Below are positions 48,858 to 59,733 of a DNA stretch of 64,000 nucleotides, piece by piece. The DNA comes from a bacterium (GTDB lineage Bacteria; SZUA-182; DTGQ01; JAFGSM01). A program made the translations under genes and the position numbers. The stretch covers positions 64,001-128,000 of the forward strand of contig JBLIRO010000003.1 in the NCBI GenBank assembly GCA_049472335.1, read 5' to 3'. Numbering within the stretch: position 1 is the stretch's first letter; every line of letters begins with the position of its first letter. The notes under the pieces were generated by a model. It did no database searches. It saw nothing but the letters and a program-made list of their open reading frames with translations, and was not told the origin of the DNA.

Positions 48858-51359
48858 TTATACTATTTTCGGCTCCGGGAGCTTTAACTCTGTCAGGATT
48901 GCCCCTATTGCCGAAAAAATCGTAAAAAGAAAGATCCTCCAGACGCCGCTGATCACGATATCAGATGCTCCGAGTATTCCCCCATAACCCAGGAATGCCG
49001 ATATAGCCGTGTAAAAGACGCCCATGACAACACCACATAAAGCGGCTCCGATTATACGCTTGCTCAGATGTGCTCCACCCGAGCCCAAAGTAGCTATGGA
49101 GCCACAAATAAAAGGCAAAAGCATGGAAAGCCACCAAACTTCATTCAGTCCGGGAAGTTTCCCGAAGCTTGCCAGATAAACAAAATCAACAATCCCAAAT
49201 ATCCCTGCCCCGATAATTGAACATAAGATAATATGCCAATAACGGGGCTGTATTGAAGTACGTATTTCGGCCCGGGTCCTCATCCTGCGCCTTATAGTAA
49301 GGGGCCAGTTGTAAAACAGACAAAATACTCCGTGTTCGAGTAACGCGCCTCTCTCACCAAAGACAGGGACAATATGTACCGCTTCTGTGGCCCAATGTGC
49401 AGCCATAAAGCGGGCTATGGTCGGATATCGGTATGTCATCTGGATAGGAAATGCCAGGTAACCCACATATTTAAAAAATCCGAGAAAGACCGCAATATTA
49501 TAATCCCTGAAATTCCTCTCACTTATCACAAGGTAAAGAACGTATAATCCCCTCACCAGGGAACCGGGTGAAATGGGAACAACCTGAAATAGCGCAATAA
49601 TCCCCAAGCCTACTCCCCAGGATTGCGCCCTGGGCATTTCAGGATGCATTAAAACATAGATAATTGCAATCATGACTGAAACGATTTGAGTAACCGGTAA
49701 AGTACATACATGTACCGCGAGACTTTTGAGATATTTTTGTATAAAAGGCTCATCCACCTTGGAAAGGATAATCTCTTCATCATCATTGCTGAGAAGATGT
49801 TTTTTCCTGCCCTCGGCTACCATCTCACGAAGCCATTCTTCCCGAAGCTCGGCATTAAAATACAGCCGTACTGGCCTTACGGTAAAGTAGATAATCCTGT
49901 CCCTGGCATATTGCGGGTCTGTTAAAAATCTATGCAATCCAACAGGCAAAATGGATAATGGCAGATGGAGAGAGAATCTCCAAATACTCTCCGACACCTT
50001 TATTGCGTTCCTCTCGTCTATCCTTCCGGCCCTGAGCCAGCCGATGCACATTTCAGCAATCTTCGCTTTTAATGTTCTGCGAAGATATTTATAATTCGTC
50101 ATAATCCCTAAATAATGCCTTCGCCAATTTTCGTGCCCCCAAATCCTCCTTAAAAACCTTCCAATTAAAGGGATGAAGCCGATAACTAAAAAAAGCAGGA
50201 TTAATGATTTATTGTCTTTAAGTTTCTCTTGCCCTGTTTCATCTACAAGATTCCTTATCTTCCAAACGGTCACAGCGCTGCCAAGCATTGTGGACCATAA
50301 ACGTGAACTGTACAGAAGACGAAAATGGTTGTGAGTAATGTCCGGAACGGAGTCTCTGTAAGCCATTTCATTTTGTTTTAATTCCTCGAGCAATGGCTGC
50401 ATGTCAGTAAATTCATCGCTATGCTTATTTACAAACTGTTCCAGCTTGTCAACATCTCCCCTGTCAAACTGAACAAGGCTCCCGCGACAGATCCCTTCAG
50501 CTATCAGCTTGAAATCTCCGGGGCTCATGGGCAAAAATGGTAAAAGGGCAAGCCCTGCGCGAAAATCAACAGCCACTAAACCATCGGAAGCAGATCCCTC
50601 ATTGTTCTTTCTTTTCAAGCAGTTTGGCTGACTTTTACAGGTATACCATTCATACTGCCTGGCAAACTCGTGACACCCCATATTATGTAACAGATCAACA
50701 AATTTATACATAAAACTATGCTTTGCTCGATATTCCGGCGAGCCAAGATCCTTGTCATCCAGATCTTTACCTTTGCGCCATCGGCTCAGCAAATCCACAT
50801 GATCATCCACTTCCAATCGCCATGTTCGCCCGTCTATCCACTCGCTTAGCTCCCCGCAGCTACCCAGTGCGCTATCTATAAAGGTTGCGTATATATCTAC
50901 CACTGTGGTTTCGTCACCAAAACAGATTTTTGCCCCCCGCCGGATAAACTTCTGCCAAAGCGCACCTGCTCTGGCAGCAATGGGATTTACCTGGAGCTGA
51001 AATGGGCCCTGAAAACCGATCCAGTAAAGGGTATTGCGAAATAGTCTTGAAAAGGCAGTAGGTGGAATAAGGATCTTCATTGCATAAACGCCGCCTTCTC
51101 TTAGCCCTGGCATGGAATCTGACTCAGTTTCAATATCAAGAAGTATAACCCGGTAAACCTGCCCGGCAAAGCCCCCACCGATAAATTTATCGATAACCAA
51201 ACATACCTTTCCTCGATTCCCGCAAATCAGGTCAGTAATCTCATAATTTAATCTGTCTCCAGCCTCATAGCGACTGACAGACATGGGTCTATATAGTTGG
51301 GCGTCAAGTAACTTCTTTTCCAGCTCCCTATAAACCTCTGGAGAGTATCCTGTTTGCAT
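48858..51359 (-). CDS. Membrane protein with protein-kinase-like N-terminal region
   Basis: IGGGFAGQVYRV, YAMK, QPN..VAVDF, several C-terminal TM helices. Confidence 0.65.
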   Translation of the reverse strand: MQTGYSPEVYRELEKKLLDAQLYRPMSVSRYEAGDRLNYEITDLICGNRGKVCLVIDKFIGGGFAGQVYRVILLDIETESDSMPGLREGGVYAMKILIPPTAFSRLFRNTLYWIGFQGPFQLQVNPIAARAGALWQKFIRRGAKICFGDETTVVDIYATFIDSALGSCGELSEWIDGRTWRLEVDDHVDLLSRWRKGKDLDDKDLGSPEYRAKHSFMYKFVDLLHNMGCHEFARQYEWYTCKSQPNCLKRKNNEGSASDGLVAVDFRAGLALLPFLPMSPGDFKLIAEGICRGSLVQFDRGDVDKLEQFVNKHSDEFTDMQPLLEELKQNEMAYRDSVPDITHNHFRLLYSSRLWSTMLGSAVTVWKIRNLVDETGQEKLKDNKSLILLFLVIGFIPLIGRFLRRIWGHENWRRHYLGIMTNYKYLRRTLKAKIAEMCIGWLRAGRIDERNAIKVSESIWRFSLHLPLSILPVGLHRFLTDPQYARDRIIYFTVRPVRLYFNAELREEWLREMVAEGRKKHLLSNDDEEIILSKVDEPFIQKYLKSLAVHVCTLPVTQIVSVMIAIIYVLMHPEMPRAQSWGVGLGIIALFQVVPISPGSLVRGLYVLYLVISERNFRDYNIAVFLGFFKYVGYLAFPIQMTYRYPTIARFMAAHWATEAVHIVPVFGERGALLEHGVFCLFYNWPLTIRRRMRTRAEIRTSIQPRYWHIILCSIIGAGIFGIVDFVYLASFGKLPGLNEVWWLSMLLPFICGSIATLGSGGAHLSKRIIGAALCGVVMGVFYTAISAFLGYGGILGASDIVISGVWRIFLFTIFSAIGAILTELKLPEPKIV

Positions 51360-51619
51360 TCTTCCTTCCCGATAATTTCCTGATGTTCTTCAAGGCTTCT
51401 TTTCGGACAAAGACTTAATCCGGCCTGATCTCTTTGAAGCAACTAATTGTCAGCAATTTCTATTGAATCAATCAAGATTTAAAAATGAGTTAATTTGACA
51501 TGGAAAATACCAGTTTGTCAAGTGACGGATAAATAGTGACAGATATATAAAACATATGAATAAGAATTAGTTGATGCTTAAATTTCCTGAATTTCATTTA
51601 TAAAACGGATCTGATAAAA

Positions 51620-51650
51620 ATGGGAAGCGGCGCATAGCGCCGCTTCCCAT
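51620..51650. terminator. GC-rich hairpin, probable terminator of the 51832-53430 gene
   Basis: ATGGGAAGCGGCGC-ATA-GCGCCGCTTCCCAT, followed by a T-run on the minus strand. Confidence 0.8.
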
Positions 51651-51831
51651 AATATCATCAAGCATTCTTTACTAAATTAATACAGAACCCTTTTTTGAAT
51701 ATATCATTTCATAATTATCGGAAAGGAGTGTCCACTGGGGTTGATCCCTATTTTTATATTGTTTACACCGCAACTTTGCCCTATAGCGGTCATATTTAAC
51801 CCCAGAATTCATCCTGAGGCCCCGGATTAAA

Positions 51832-53430
51832 TCATATTACGTAAGAACTCTCCCGGAGTCTGCTTAAAGGCCCTATAGCTTCAACAGTCAGATTACATTG
51901 ATCAACCACTTCCTTCAGCAGTATCCAAAATCCTTTACCGGGATCCATCGCCTCTGTTGGAAATACCCTTTTATATCCCTCTCCTCTGACGAACCTGTAA
52001 ATAACTCCTATGTCACAATTGTCAGTTGAGGGCCTGGCACCGGTAGTACATCCGCCTATCATCTCCCAACCCGAACCATCTACCATTTTACTATAGGAAT
52101 TTATAGGCTGGCCGATGAGCCTATAATTCTGATCCTCATAAACCAGCGCCCAGTAACCGGCACCGATCTGCAGATCTTCACTCGGCTGTACACGCACATA
52201 GCCAAGTTTTCTTTCAAACTTATAAACAACAGCAGCTCCGGGAAATACTGAAGAGAGTCTGGCGTCAAGAGGCACCACAGGAAGCGATATCATGCTCCAG
52301 CCCGCAGGCAGATTCATTTCAAACTCCATGTCTTTTGACCAGACTATGTAATAAGTGAATGTGCATATGATGTCACTGACACATTGCCCGTCTTCTTCTT
52401 TTGTCTGATACTGGCTGATCTGGGACATGTCTGGAACAAGCATAGTCCGGTTGCCTTGCTCATCTTCTGAATATAGTCTGAAATAGCCGGTGTTTGGATC
52501 CGGAGGACAAAAATCATTTGGATTCCAGCTCAATACCGGGAAAAAGCCAGGATAGTTGGGATCTGAGGCGCCATCAAATTTGGAATTTGCTACTGTAACG
52601 ATCAATTCCCATTCCTGTTCACCGAGACCTTGCTCCCTGATATATTCTGTAAGATTTTCATCCCCGTCCCGGATATTCAAAACAACGGTAGAATCCGGCG
52701 GGGGAAAAGGCGGGCTTTCAATTTTACTTTCAGAGTAGCCTATACCGATAAAGACCCTGCTCATATTGTTCTCATTACCGGTTATGATCTGGCCAGTTGC
52801 GGTGATTTCCGCAGTGAATATACAGACCTTCGGCCTGGACCATGCTATATAATAAACGAAAGAACAGTATGATTGGGTCGTGCTGCATTCCTGAGCGTCT
52901 TCTTTTTTTGTCTGATAGTGAGAGGTTTGAGACATGTCCGGAATAAGCAGAGTTAAATCACCCATTTCATCTTCAGAATATAATTTTAGAGAATAGCCGG
53001 TATCCGGGTCCATAGGGCAAATTGTACTAGCATCCCAATTTAACTCCGGGTAGAATCCTGGCAGGTTTATATCGGCAGTGCCCCCGAATATCGGACCACT
53101 CACCAGGATCTCTACCCTCCACACTTCCTCCTCAAATCCTGGCTCCCTGATATCTTCGAAATATTTATCATCTCCAACACCTTTAATCCACATTGCCACA
53201 GTAAAATCAGGGGGTGGGCTCGGAGGATATGGATAATTATAACTTTCTGAATCAATCCCTATAAAGATATTGCTTATATCACCACCTTGCCCTGTGGCAA
53301 CAATTTCTGTAATAAATAAACAATCATTCCCATCAGGTAGAATCGTGTCATATTGGGCCATGGCTTCGATAACAAAAAAACAAAAAAATAACGAAAGTGA
53401 TAAAATAACAACAAAAGCCTTCTTTTTCAT
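51832..53430 (-). CDS. Secreted protein with two tandem ~165-aa domains and a GWSMISLP C-terminal domain
   Basis: Signal peptide AMA-Q. Duplicated ATGQ..FIGI..PPPD..PGF.P.L.W..YSEDE.G..PDMSQ..YQTK.ED..YYI.WS. Confidence 0.85.
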   Translation of the reverse strand: MKKKAFVVILSLSLFFCFFVIEAMAQYDTILPDGNDCLFITEIVATGQGGDISNIFIGIDSESYNYPYPPSPPPDFTVAMWIKGVGDDKYFEDIREPGFEEEVWRVEILVSGPIFGGTADINLPGFYPELNWDASTICPMDPDTGYSLKLYSEDEMGDLTLLIPDMSQTSHYQTKKEDAQECSTTQSYCSFVYYIAWSRPKVCIFTAEITATGQIITGNENNMSRVFIGIGYSESKIESPPFPPPDSTVVLNIRDGDENLTEYIREQGLGEQEWELIVTVANSKFDGASDPNYPGFFPVLSWNPNDFCPPDPNTGYFRLYSEDEQGNRTMLVPDMSQISQYQTKEEDGQCVSDIICTFTYYIVWSKDMEFEMNLPAGWSMISLPVVPLDARLSSVFPGAAVVYKFERKLGYVRVQPSEDLQIGAGYWALVYEDQNYRLIGQPINSYSKMVDGSGWEMIGGCTTGARPSTDNCDIGVIYRFVRGEGYKRVFPTEAMDPGKGFWILLKEVVDQCNLTVEAIGPLSRLRESSYVI

Positions 53431-53800
53431 TTAATTCCCCTTTCTACAAATGAAATATGAAAGATTTTGATTTTAAATTAAACCTCCCCCCCCTTTCTTA
53501 CCATACTTATTATGTATATTGATAAGGAAAATCCGTATGCGCTATATAAACATTCAGTCAAACATTCTGGGACTTTTATAAATATATATGATTTTGACTA
53601 TGAATTTTTTTACGAATGTAATCTATAAAACCTAAAGAGAAGAAAAATTGTAAAATTAATTTTCAGCAAAATTGATTTCTTTATAATGATTCAAAACGCT
53701 CTAGTTTCAAGTCTAGAAGAACAGGATATACTTTGATAATACTTAAAAAAAATTTTTATTTAATTAATATCCTTCTGAAAATCTCTTTCTATACAAAATA

Positions 53801-53829
53801 ATTATATTAAAATCATCTTCTCTTGTCAA
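53801..53829 (-). promoter_or_regulatory. Consensus sigma70 promoter
   Basis: TTGACA-N17-TATAAT on the minus strand, ~370 bp upstream of ATG 53430. Confidence 0.75.
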
Positions 53830-53977
53830 TTGTTATTATATTCCGATATTTTAAAATCTCTTTTTTTACAGCATGTTACATAGACTTGATTATATGTACA
53901 TTTCGTAAAAGAAACGGCTAGAAAAAGATGTCGCCCATGATGCAATCTCAGTCAGTAGAAACATCTTTTCCTTGAGC

Positions 53978-54874
53978 TTAATCTGGAAAAGAGAGGTTTA
54001 ATTCAATGGATGAGTAAAATTTTCTCTCCAGGGCCTTAACTTCATCCATTCTTGCAGGATCAAGAAATGTTCTGTAAATAAGGTCGTTTTTTTGCGGAGA
54101 TCTTTTAAGCATCTTTTTCTCAAGCTGAAACAGTGCCTCTATGGATTTATCACACACCGGATACCCTCTGTCATCGATTTTGATTATAGAATCAAAAGAG
54201 ATATTTGAAATATTGTTAATATCTACCAACTTGATATTTCCCTTGGGAGTAATTATGAGATTTCCTATCCCTGCCAGATCCGGAACATAGTTTGCTTCCA
54301 GTATCATTTTTTTAATCCTTCTTATAAATATTTCAACCTGTTCCCGAACGCCATTTATCCATGATTCTTTTACGTTTTCTGAAACTTCATTTTTTCTAAA
54401 CCCCATATCGAACATCAATGAGGCCATGTGTCTTTTATCCAAAATGGCCCAGGGGTCCAATATAACACCTTTTACGTATTCCTGCAGGCCGCAAAGTATT
54501 ATTTCCCATTTATCATGATTAAAATAATTAACTATAAATTCCTGGGATTTTGCAATATTATCAGGGGCCAGATATTTTGCTATTATTTTGACCCTTTTAA
54601 TCTCTTCTTCAGCCTCCTTTAATGTTTTAAATCTCGTTTTGAAGATCCTCAACATTCCTGAAGGCTCGGCCCTGGGAAACAATCTCAATCCATCGACGAC
54701 CATCCCCTTTGTTTCATTTTCAACTGCCTTGGGAGTCAACAACTCCATTATATGTGAACGTAGTCCCTCCCGATAGTGCCTCCTGAAATGATAAATCCCA
54801 TGAGACCTGATAAAATTAAGGCCTATTATATCTTTATGATTTAAGATTGTATGGTCTCTTATATCTTGTTCCAT
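53978..54874 (-). CDS. Hypothetical protein, weak kinase-like fold
   Basis: PDLAGIGNLIITPKGNIKLVDINN resembles a catalytic loop plus DFG region. Confidence 0.6.
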   Translation of the reverse strand: MEQDIRDHTILNHKDIIGLNFIRSHGIYHFRRHYREGLRSHIMELLTPKAVENETKGMVVDGLRLFPRAEPSGMLRIFKTRFKTLKEAEEEIKRVKIIAKYLAPDNIAKSQEFIVNYFNHDKWEIILCGLQEYVKGVILDPWAILDKRHMASLMFDMGFRKNEVSENVKESWINGVREQVEIFIRRIKKMILEANYVPDLAGIGNLIITPKGNIKLVDINNISNISFDSIIKIDDRGYPVCDKSIEALFQLEKKMLKRSPQKNDLIYRTFLDPARMDEVKALERKFYSSIELNLSFPD

Positions 54875-55009
54875 TTAGTAATTTAAAAATCCCATTTGAG
54901 ATTCTTTGATTATAGTATTAAAATTCAAAATATATAACATTATCATTCATGCACAGTCAATTACAACTTCCAAAAGGGAAAGTTTTTAAACCCTAAAAGG
55001 AGATAAAAC

Positions 55010-56920
55010 TTGCTGCAGCGCACCCTCATCCGTTTATTCGAAAATGCTTGTCAAAAATATTCCGACAGACCTTACCTTTGGGAAAAAAATGGCGCAAGTT
55101 TTCAACTCAAAACCTATAAAGAAGTCCATAAACTCGTCTATGAAACGGCGGCAGGGCTTATTGCCATTGGTGTGAAAAAAGGAGATCGTATCGCGCTCTT
55201 ATCTGAGGGCCGTGTCTGTTGGATAGTCACTGAGCTCGCTATCCTGTATACCGGAGCGGTAAATGTTCCCTTTTCCGTTAAACTAAATGAATATGAAGAA
55301 TTGAAATTTCGTCTCTCTCATGCAGAATGCCGCTTCTGTTTTACTTCCGGGAGCCAATTGTCCAAGGTGAGAGATCTAAAGAGAGATCTCCCGGATTTGG
55401 AAAGGGTTATTCTTTTCGATGGAATGCCACAGGATTCAGACGAGATAACTTTACATATGCTTCAAGACATAGGCAAGCAATTTCTGGCTGAATCTGAAAA
55501 TCGATTCTGCGAAAGACGCGACTCCGTTCAGGAAGAAGACCTTGCCAATATCTGTTATACTTCAGGCACAATCTCGGACCCCAAGGGTGTTATGCTGACA
55601 CACCGCAATTATACTGCCAATGTTGAGCAGGCTTGCGCCATTGTGGATATCCCACCGGACTGGGTTACTCTATTAATTCTTCCATGGGATCATTCCTTTG
55701 GTCATACAGCAGGTCTTTATACCTTTATGGCAAAAGGGGCAGGCATTGCCTCTGTGGAAGCAGGCTCAACAACTATAGAAACACTTAGGAATATTTCAAA
55801 TAATATCAGGGAGACTCGACCACATTTGATATTAAGCGTACCATCATTGACTAAAAACTTTCGAAAGGCGATTGATCGTGGCATCCGTCAAAAGGGTTTA
55901 AAGGTTGAGATACTTTTCCATTGTGCCCTTAAGATGGCGTATAAGTATAATGGCCTTGGAATGGATCGTGGTAAGGGTCTGAAACGGAAACCTTTAAAGC
56001 CTTTTATGACTTTTTGGGATAAGATCTTTTTCAAAAAAATACGGAATGATTTTAGCAACCGGTTAGAATATTTCATCGGAGGCGGTGCTGTCCTTGACAT
56101 GGAGATGCAACGATACTTTTTCGCGATCGGAATCCCTATTTACCAGGGATACGGCTTGACAGAGGCAGCCCCGATCGTTTCAGCCAATTCGCCCAAACTT
56201 TATAAACTGGGAACATCGGGCAAACCCCTTCCGAATCTGGAGCTTCGCATAGTGGATGAAGATGATCATGACCTGCCTACAGGCAAAACAGGAGAAATAG
56301 CTGTAAAGGGTGAAAACGTCATGAAAGGTTACTGGATGAACGGGATTGCCACGGCAAAAACACTTAGAAACGGATGGCTCTTTACCGGGGATTTGGGCTA
56401 TCTGGATGAGGATGGCTTCCTGGTTATTCTGGGGAGAAAAAAAAGCCTTCTTATAAGTGATGACGGGGAAAAATTTTGTCCTGAGAGTATAGAAGAGGCA
56501 TTTGCCAGCAATTCGATATATATAGATCAGGTGATGCTTTACAATAGCCAGTCTCCATATACGGTGGCCCTGATTTATCCCAATCGGGAAAATCTGATAA
56601 ACTTTCTTAAGGCAAGGGGGCTTTCACAAAAAACCGAGGCAGGACAAAGAGCGGCGATCGAATGCATCATTAAGGAAATAGAAAACTATAAAACCGGCTC
56701 ATTTAAAGGGAGATTCCCGGGCAAATGGCTTCCTGCTTCCATAGCTATATTAGGTGAGGGATTCACGGAAGAAAACCGCATGATGAACAGTACCATGAAA
56801 ATGGTTCGCAGACGTATTTTTGAATTTTACAAGGACCGGATCGATTACCTTTTCACGCCTGAGGGAAAAGACCCCTTTAATCACCGAAACATGACTATAA
56901 TGAGCCGCTTGAGCGAATAG
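55010..56920 (+). CDS. Long-chain fatty acid-CoA ligase (AMP-binding)
   Basis: YTSGTISDPKGV, YQGYGLTE, TGDLG, GRKK. AGGAG RBS with TTG start. Confidence 0.93.
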   Translation: MLQRTLIRLFENACQKYSDRPYLWEKNGASFQLKTYKEVHKLVYETAAGLIAIGVKKGDRIALLSEGRVCWIVTELAILYTGAVNVPFSVKLNEYEELKFRLSHAECRFCFTSGSQLSKVRDLKRDLPDLERVILFDGMPQDSDEITLHMLQDIGKQFLAESENRFCERRDSVQEEDLANICYTSGTISDPKGVMLTHRNYTANVEQACAIVDIPPDWVTLLILPWDHSFGHTAGLYTFMAKGAGIASVEAGSTTIETLRNISNNIRETRPHLILSVPSLTKNFRKAIDRGIRQKGLKVEILFHCALKMAYKYNGLGMDRGKGLKRKPLKPFMTFWDKIFFKKIRNDFSNRLEYFIGGGAVLDMEMQRYFFAIGIPIYQGYGLTEAAPIVSANSPKLYKLGTSGKPLPNLELRIVDEDDHDLPTGKTGEIAVKGENVMKGYWMNGIATAKTLRNGWLFTGDLGYLDEDGFLVILGRKKSLLISDDGEKFCPESIEEAFASNSIYIDQVMLYNSQSPYTVALIYPNRENLINFLKARGLSQKTEAGQRAAIECIIKEIENYKTGSFKGRFPGKWLPASIAILGEGFTEENRMMNSTMKMVRRRIFEFYKDRIDYLFTPEGKDPFNHRNMTIMSRLSE

Positions 56921-57023
56921 TCTAACAATTGGATATAGTCAGAGAGAACAAAACCTTAATCATAAAAGGTAAAAGCGGCTAAAATTGGATATAATTTCCT
57001 TCCAGGAAATCCATACTGCATCC

Positions 57024-58007
57024 TCACGGCGAGCTGATTTGTGTAAGGTCCTCATACGTAGGGCCTGAAGGTTGTACAGAAATCAGTTTTTGTATACTAA
57101 ATGCGTTCGAGTATGGATTTATAAACTGATTTGCCTGGTAAAAATTATAAGTGGCAGAGGATAAAAACTGTTGTCCGTAATGAACCATAGAACCAATGGG
57201 AGAAGATTGGTAAAATGACGATGGAAAGGTTGTTTGCAGAATCAGACCGGCAGGCCATTGGTAATTCATAAACGGCATAATTTTCTGTGTCTGTAATGTT
57301 ACATTAGTATTGTTAGATTTCTTAGGTGATTCATCTTTCGCTATCTTTGGGATCTTATTCGGATCATTTTTATGAGTGATGGGAAGCCCGGTGTCCATCC
57401 AGGATACCGGATCATTTTCATTGACAATATTATCGCTAATTGTCTCCAATGAGATATCAGCAGGTCCATTGTCGGTTCTGTACGGATACCCCTTATATCC
57501 GTCATATAGTCCATTATAGCTGGTCCCTTGAAATCCGCCTCCTATACCGCCCGGAAAATGGCTTGCCTCTTTTAGCTTATTATCTATTTCATAGACATTT
57601 GTGAAACCCAGGGTTTCCAGACGCTGTGCAGCGAAACTGCTCCTGATTCCACACGCGCACATGGTTATCAATGGCCGGGTTTTATCATCACCAAATGTCT
57701 GGCTGACAAGTTTATCGAACTCAGGATTATCTATTAACTTTACCGCACCATTTTCATCTATCCCATTGAAAATCTTCCAGGATATAAGGTAGGCAATAGG
57801 GTCACCTTCAGATTCCAGGGCCGGACTCCCTACAAAAACATATTCCTCCAGGGTCCTTACGTCGATGATGATGGCTTGACCTGTGCTTATCATGTCATAT
57901 GCCTCTTGGGCGGTAATTACCTCATATGCGGAAGTATTTCCGATCCTCAGGGCAAGTATTAGTAAAAACAATACTATCGCCATAGTGATATATAAATTCC
58001 TTTTCAT
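57024..58007 (-). CDS. Secreted rhodanese-domain protein with low-complexity tail
   Basis: Signal peptide, IIDVRTLEEY, active-site loop CACGIRS. Confidence 0.85.
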   Translation of the reverse strand: MKRNLYITMAIVLFLLILALRIGNTSAYEVITAQEAYDMISTGQAIIIDVRTLEEYVFVGSPALESEGDPIAYLISWKIFNGIDENGAVKLIDNPEFDKLVSQTFGDDKTRPLITMCACGIRSSFAAQRLETLGFTNVYEIDNKLKEASHFPGGIGGGFQGTSYNGLYDGYKGYPYRTDNGPADISLETISDNIVNENDPVSWMDTGLPITHKNDPNKIPKIAKDESPKKSNNTNVTLQTQKIMPFMNYQWPAGLILQTTFPSSFYQSSPIGSMVHYGQQFLSSATYNFYQANQFINPYSNAFSIQKLISVQPSGPTYEDLTQISSP

Positions 58008-58304
58008 AATCCCTCAACTCCCTTTCTTCTGTTAATTGCTTTTCTAAAAATTCCTTTACATTCAGTAAAAAAATAAATCAATAAGACATCATTATTAATA
58101 TATTAATCTTTTATATATTTTTTTGTCAAAATTATTTTCTTAAAATATACAAGTATTTAATTACTAAATTACTTTTTACGCTACCATCAATCATTTGATT
58201 TATTTCAAAAAAGGAATAAAATTAGAATATAGAAAAATCTTTTGAGGAAAATCCGGTGATTGCAAAAATCTAAATAATACCAGTCCAGTACTCATAATCT
58301 TTTA

Positions 58305-59129
58305 ATGAGTACAATGAATATGTTGGATATGACATTGTCAAAAAATGAAAATCAAATTGATCTCTCAATGCAACAGATATTTTCCAGCAATTGTATACCT
58401 ACCGAAACCCTGGGGCTGATTTCCAAAACTATTGATAAGTATATGAATAAATTCAATAATGATATTGTTGATTATACTTATTTAAATATATCTTCTATGA
58501 TAGATCATACTTTGTTAAATGCCGACGCGCCTAAGGATGATATCAAAAGGTTATGTGCCGAAGCGCATCAATATAAGTTTTATTCAGTGTGTGTGAATCC
58601 GGCTTATGTAGCATTATGTAAAGAGCAACTCTATGGGAAAAATATAAGAATATGCACTGTTGTTGGTTTTCCTCTCGGTGCACACACTTCGGCTGTGAAG
58701 GCATTTGAGGCAAAGGATGCCGAATCGAATGGCGCTGATGAGATTGATATGGTTATCAACATCGGAGCCATAAAGGATAGAAATCTTGAATATGCCAGGG
58801 AGGATATAGAATCTGTTATTAATGCCACCTCAAAAAGGATAATAATAAAGGTTATTCTTGAAAATGCATACCTCACATTCGAAGAAAAGATTCTGAGCTG
58901 TTTAGTCTCAAAATGTGCAGGGGCGGATTTCGTCAAAACATCGACTGGTTTCGGACCTTCAGGAGCGACCATAAAGGATGTCGCCTTGATGCGTTATATA
59001 GTGGGCAATAAAATGGGAGTTAAAGCGGCAGGGGGTATCAGGGATCGCTCGAACACCCTTAAAATGATTAAAGCAGGAGCAAACAGGATAGGAACATCAT
59101 CATCGTTAAAAATCATTTCAGAAGCCTGA
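58305..59129 (+). CDS. deoC: Deoxyribose-phosphate aldolase
   Basis: IDHTLL, VVGFPLG, FVKTSTGF, VKAAGGIR, RIGTSS. Confidence 0.96.
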   Translation: MSTMNMLDMTLSKNENQIDLSMQQIFSSNCIPTETLGLISKTIDKYMNKFNNDIVDYTYLNISSMIDHTLLNADAPKDDIKRLCAEAHQYKFYSVCVNPAYVALCKEQLYGKNIRICTVVGFPLGAHTSAVKAFEAKDAESNGADEIDMVINIGAIKDRNLEYAREDIESVINATSKRIIIKVILENAYLTFEEKILSCLVSKCAGADFVKTSTGFGPSGATIKDVALMRYIVGNKMGVKAAGGIRDRSNTLKMIKAGANRIGTSSSLKIISEA

Positions 59130-59194
59130 AGCTCTGTTATTTCTGTGTCCTCTGTTGTAAATAAATTCAAATACATGTTAAGAGGTTCTTTATA

Positions 59195-59587
59195 ATGAGC
59201 CATGTCAGACGTATCGACTTGAAGGGAAATATCTGGAATGATGAGAGGGGTTGGGGTGTAAGTCCAATAGAAGCTGCCGGCGTTCAGAGAGATTTATTAG
59301 GGAATATTCATTTGACACTTATAAGACCGGGATGCAAGAGGGGAAATCACTATCATAAAAACTCCACCGAATGGCTTCTCATCTTTGGCGGTCCGGCAAG
59401 GTTTTTTTGGCGTTCATACAATGAAGATTCGATCCATGAAGAGATTATAAATGAAACGGAACCTGCATTGTTTGAAATTCCCCCGAACGTTGAACATACT
59501 ATCCTGAATGATTCCAGGGGCAATATTTATTTAATGGCTTTCAGCGATTCCAACGAGCGTGATACTATTAGAAGTATCTTGGCATAA
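59195..59587 (+). CDS. Cupin-domain protein (WxcM/CapF C-terminal-like)
   Basis: DERG, RGNHYH..EW, IPPNVEH. Confidence 0.8.
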   Translation: MSHVRRIDLKGNIWNDERGWGVSPIEAAGVQRDLLGNIHLTLIRPGCKRGNHYHKNSTEWLLIFGGPARFFWRSYNEDSIHEEIINETEPALFEIPPNVEHTILNDSRGNIYLMAFSDSNERDTIRSILA

Positions 59588-59733
59588 AGAGGAAAATAGA
59601 TGGGAGTAAGGAATTATGAAAAGGTTATTTTCTAATAAAGAACTCTCTGACAAAAAGGAGGGATATGCGGATCATCAATTGATAGAAACGGATAGGGATG
59701 AAGCTGTAATAAAAAGAAAGATTGCAGAGATTT

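Noticed and set aside
51730..51810. Possible structured RNA (CTGGGGTT...AACCCCAG with inner ACCGC/GCGGT, and GGGCAAA on the minus strand)
   Set aside because: Lacks the remaining c-di-GMP-I riboswitch elements and could be chance pairing. A covariance-model search would be needed.
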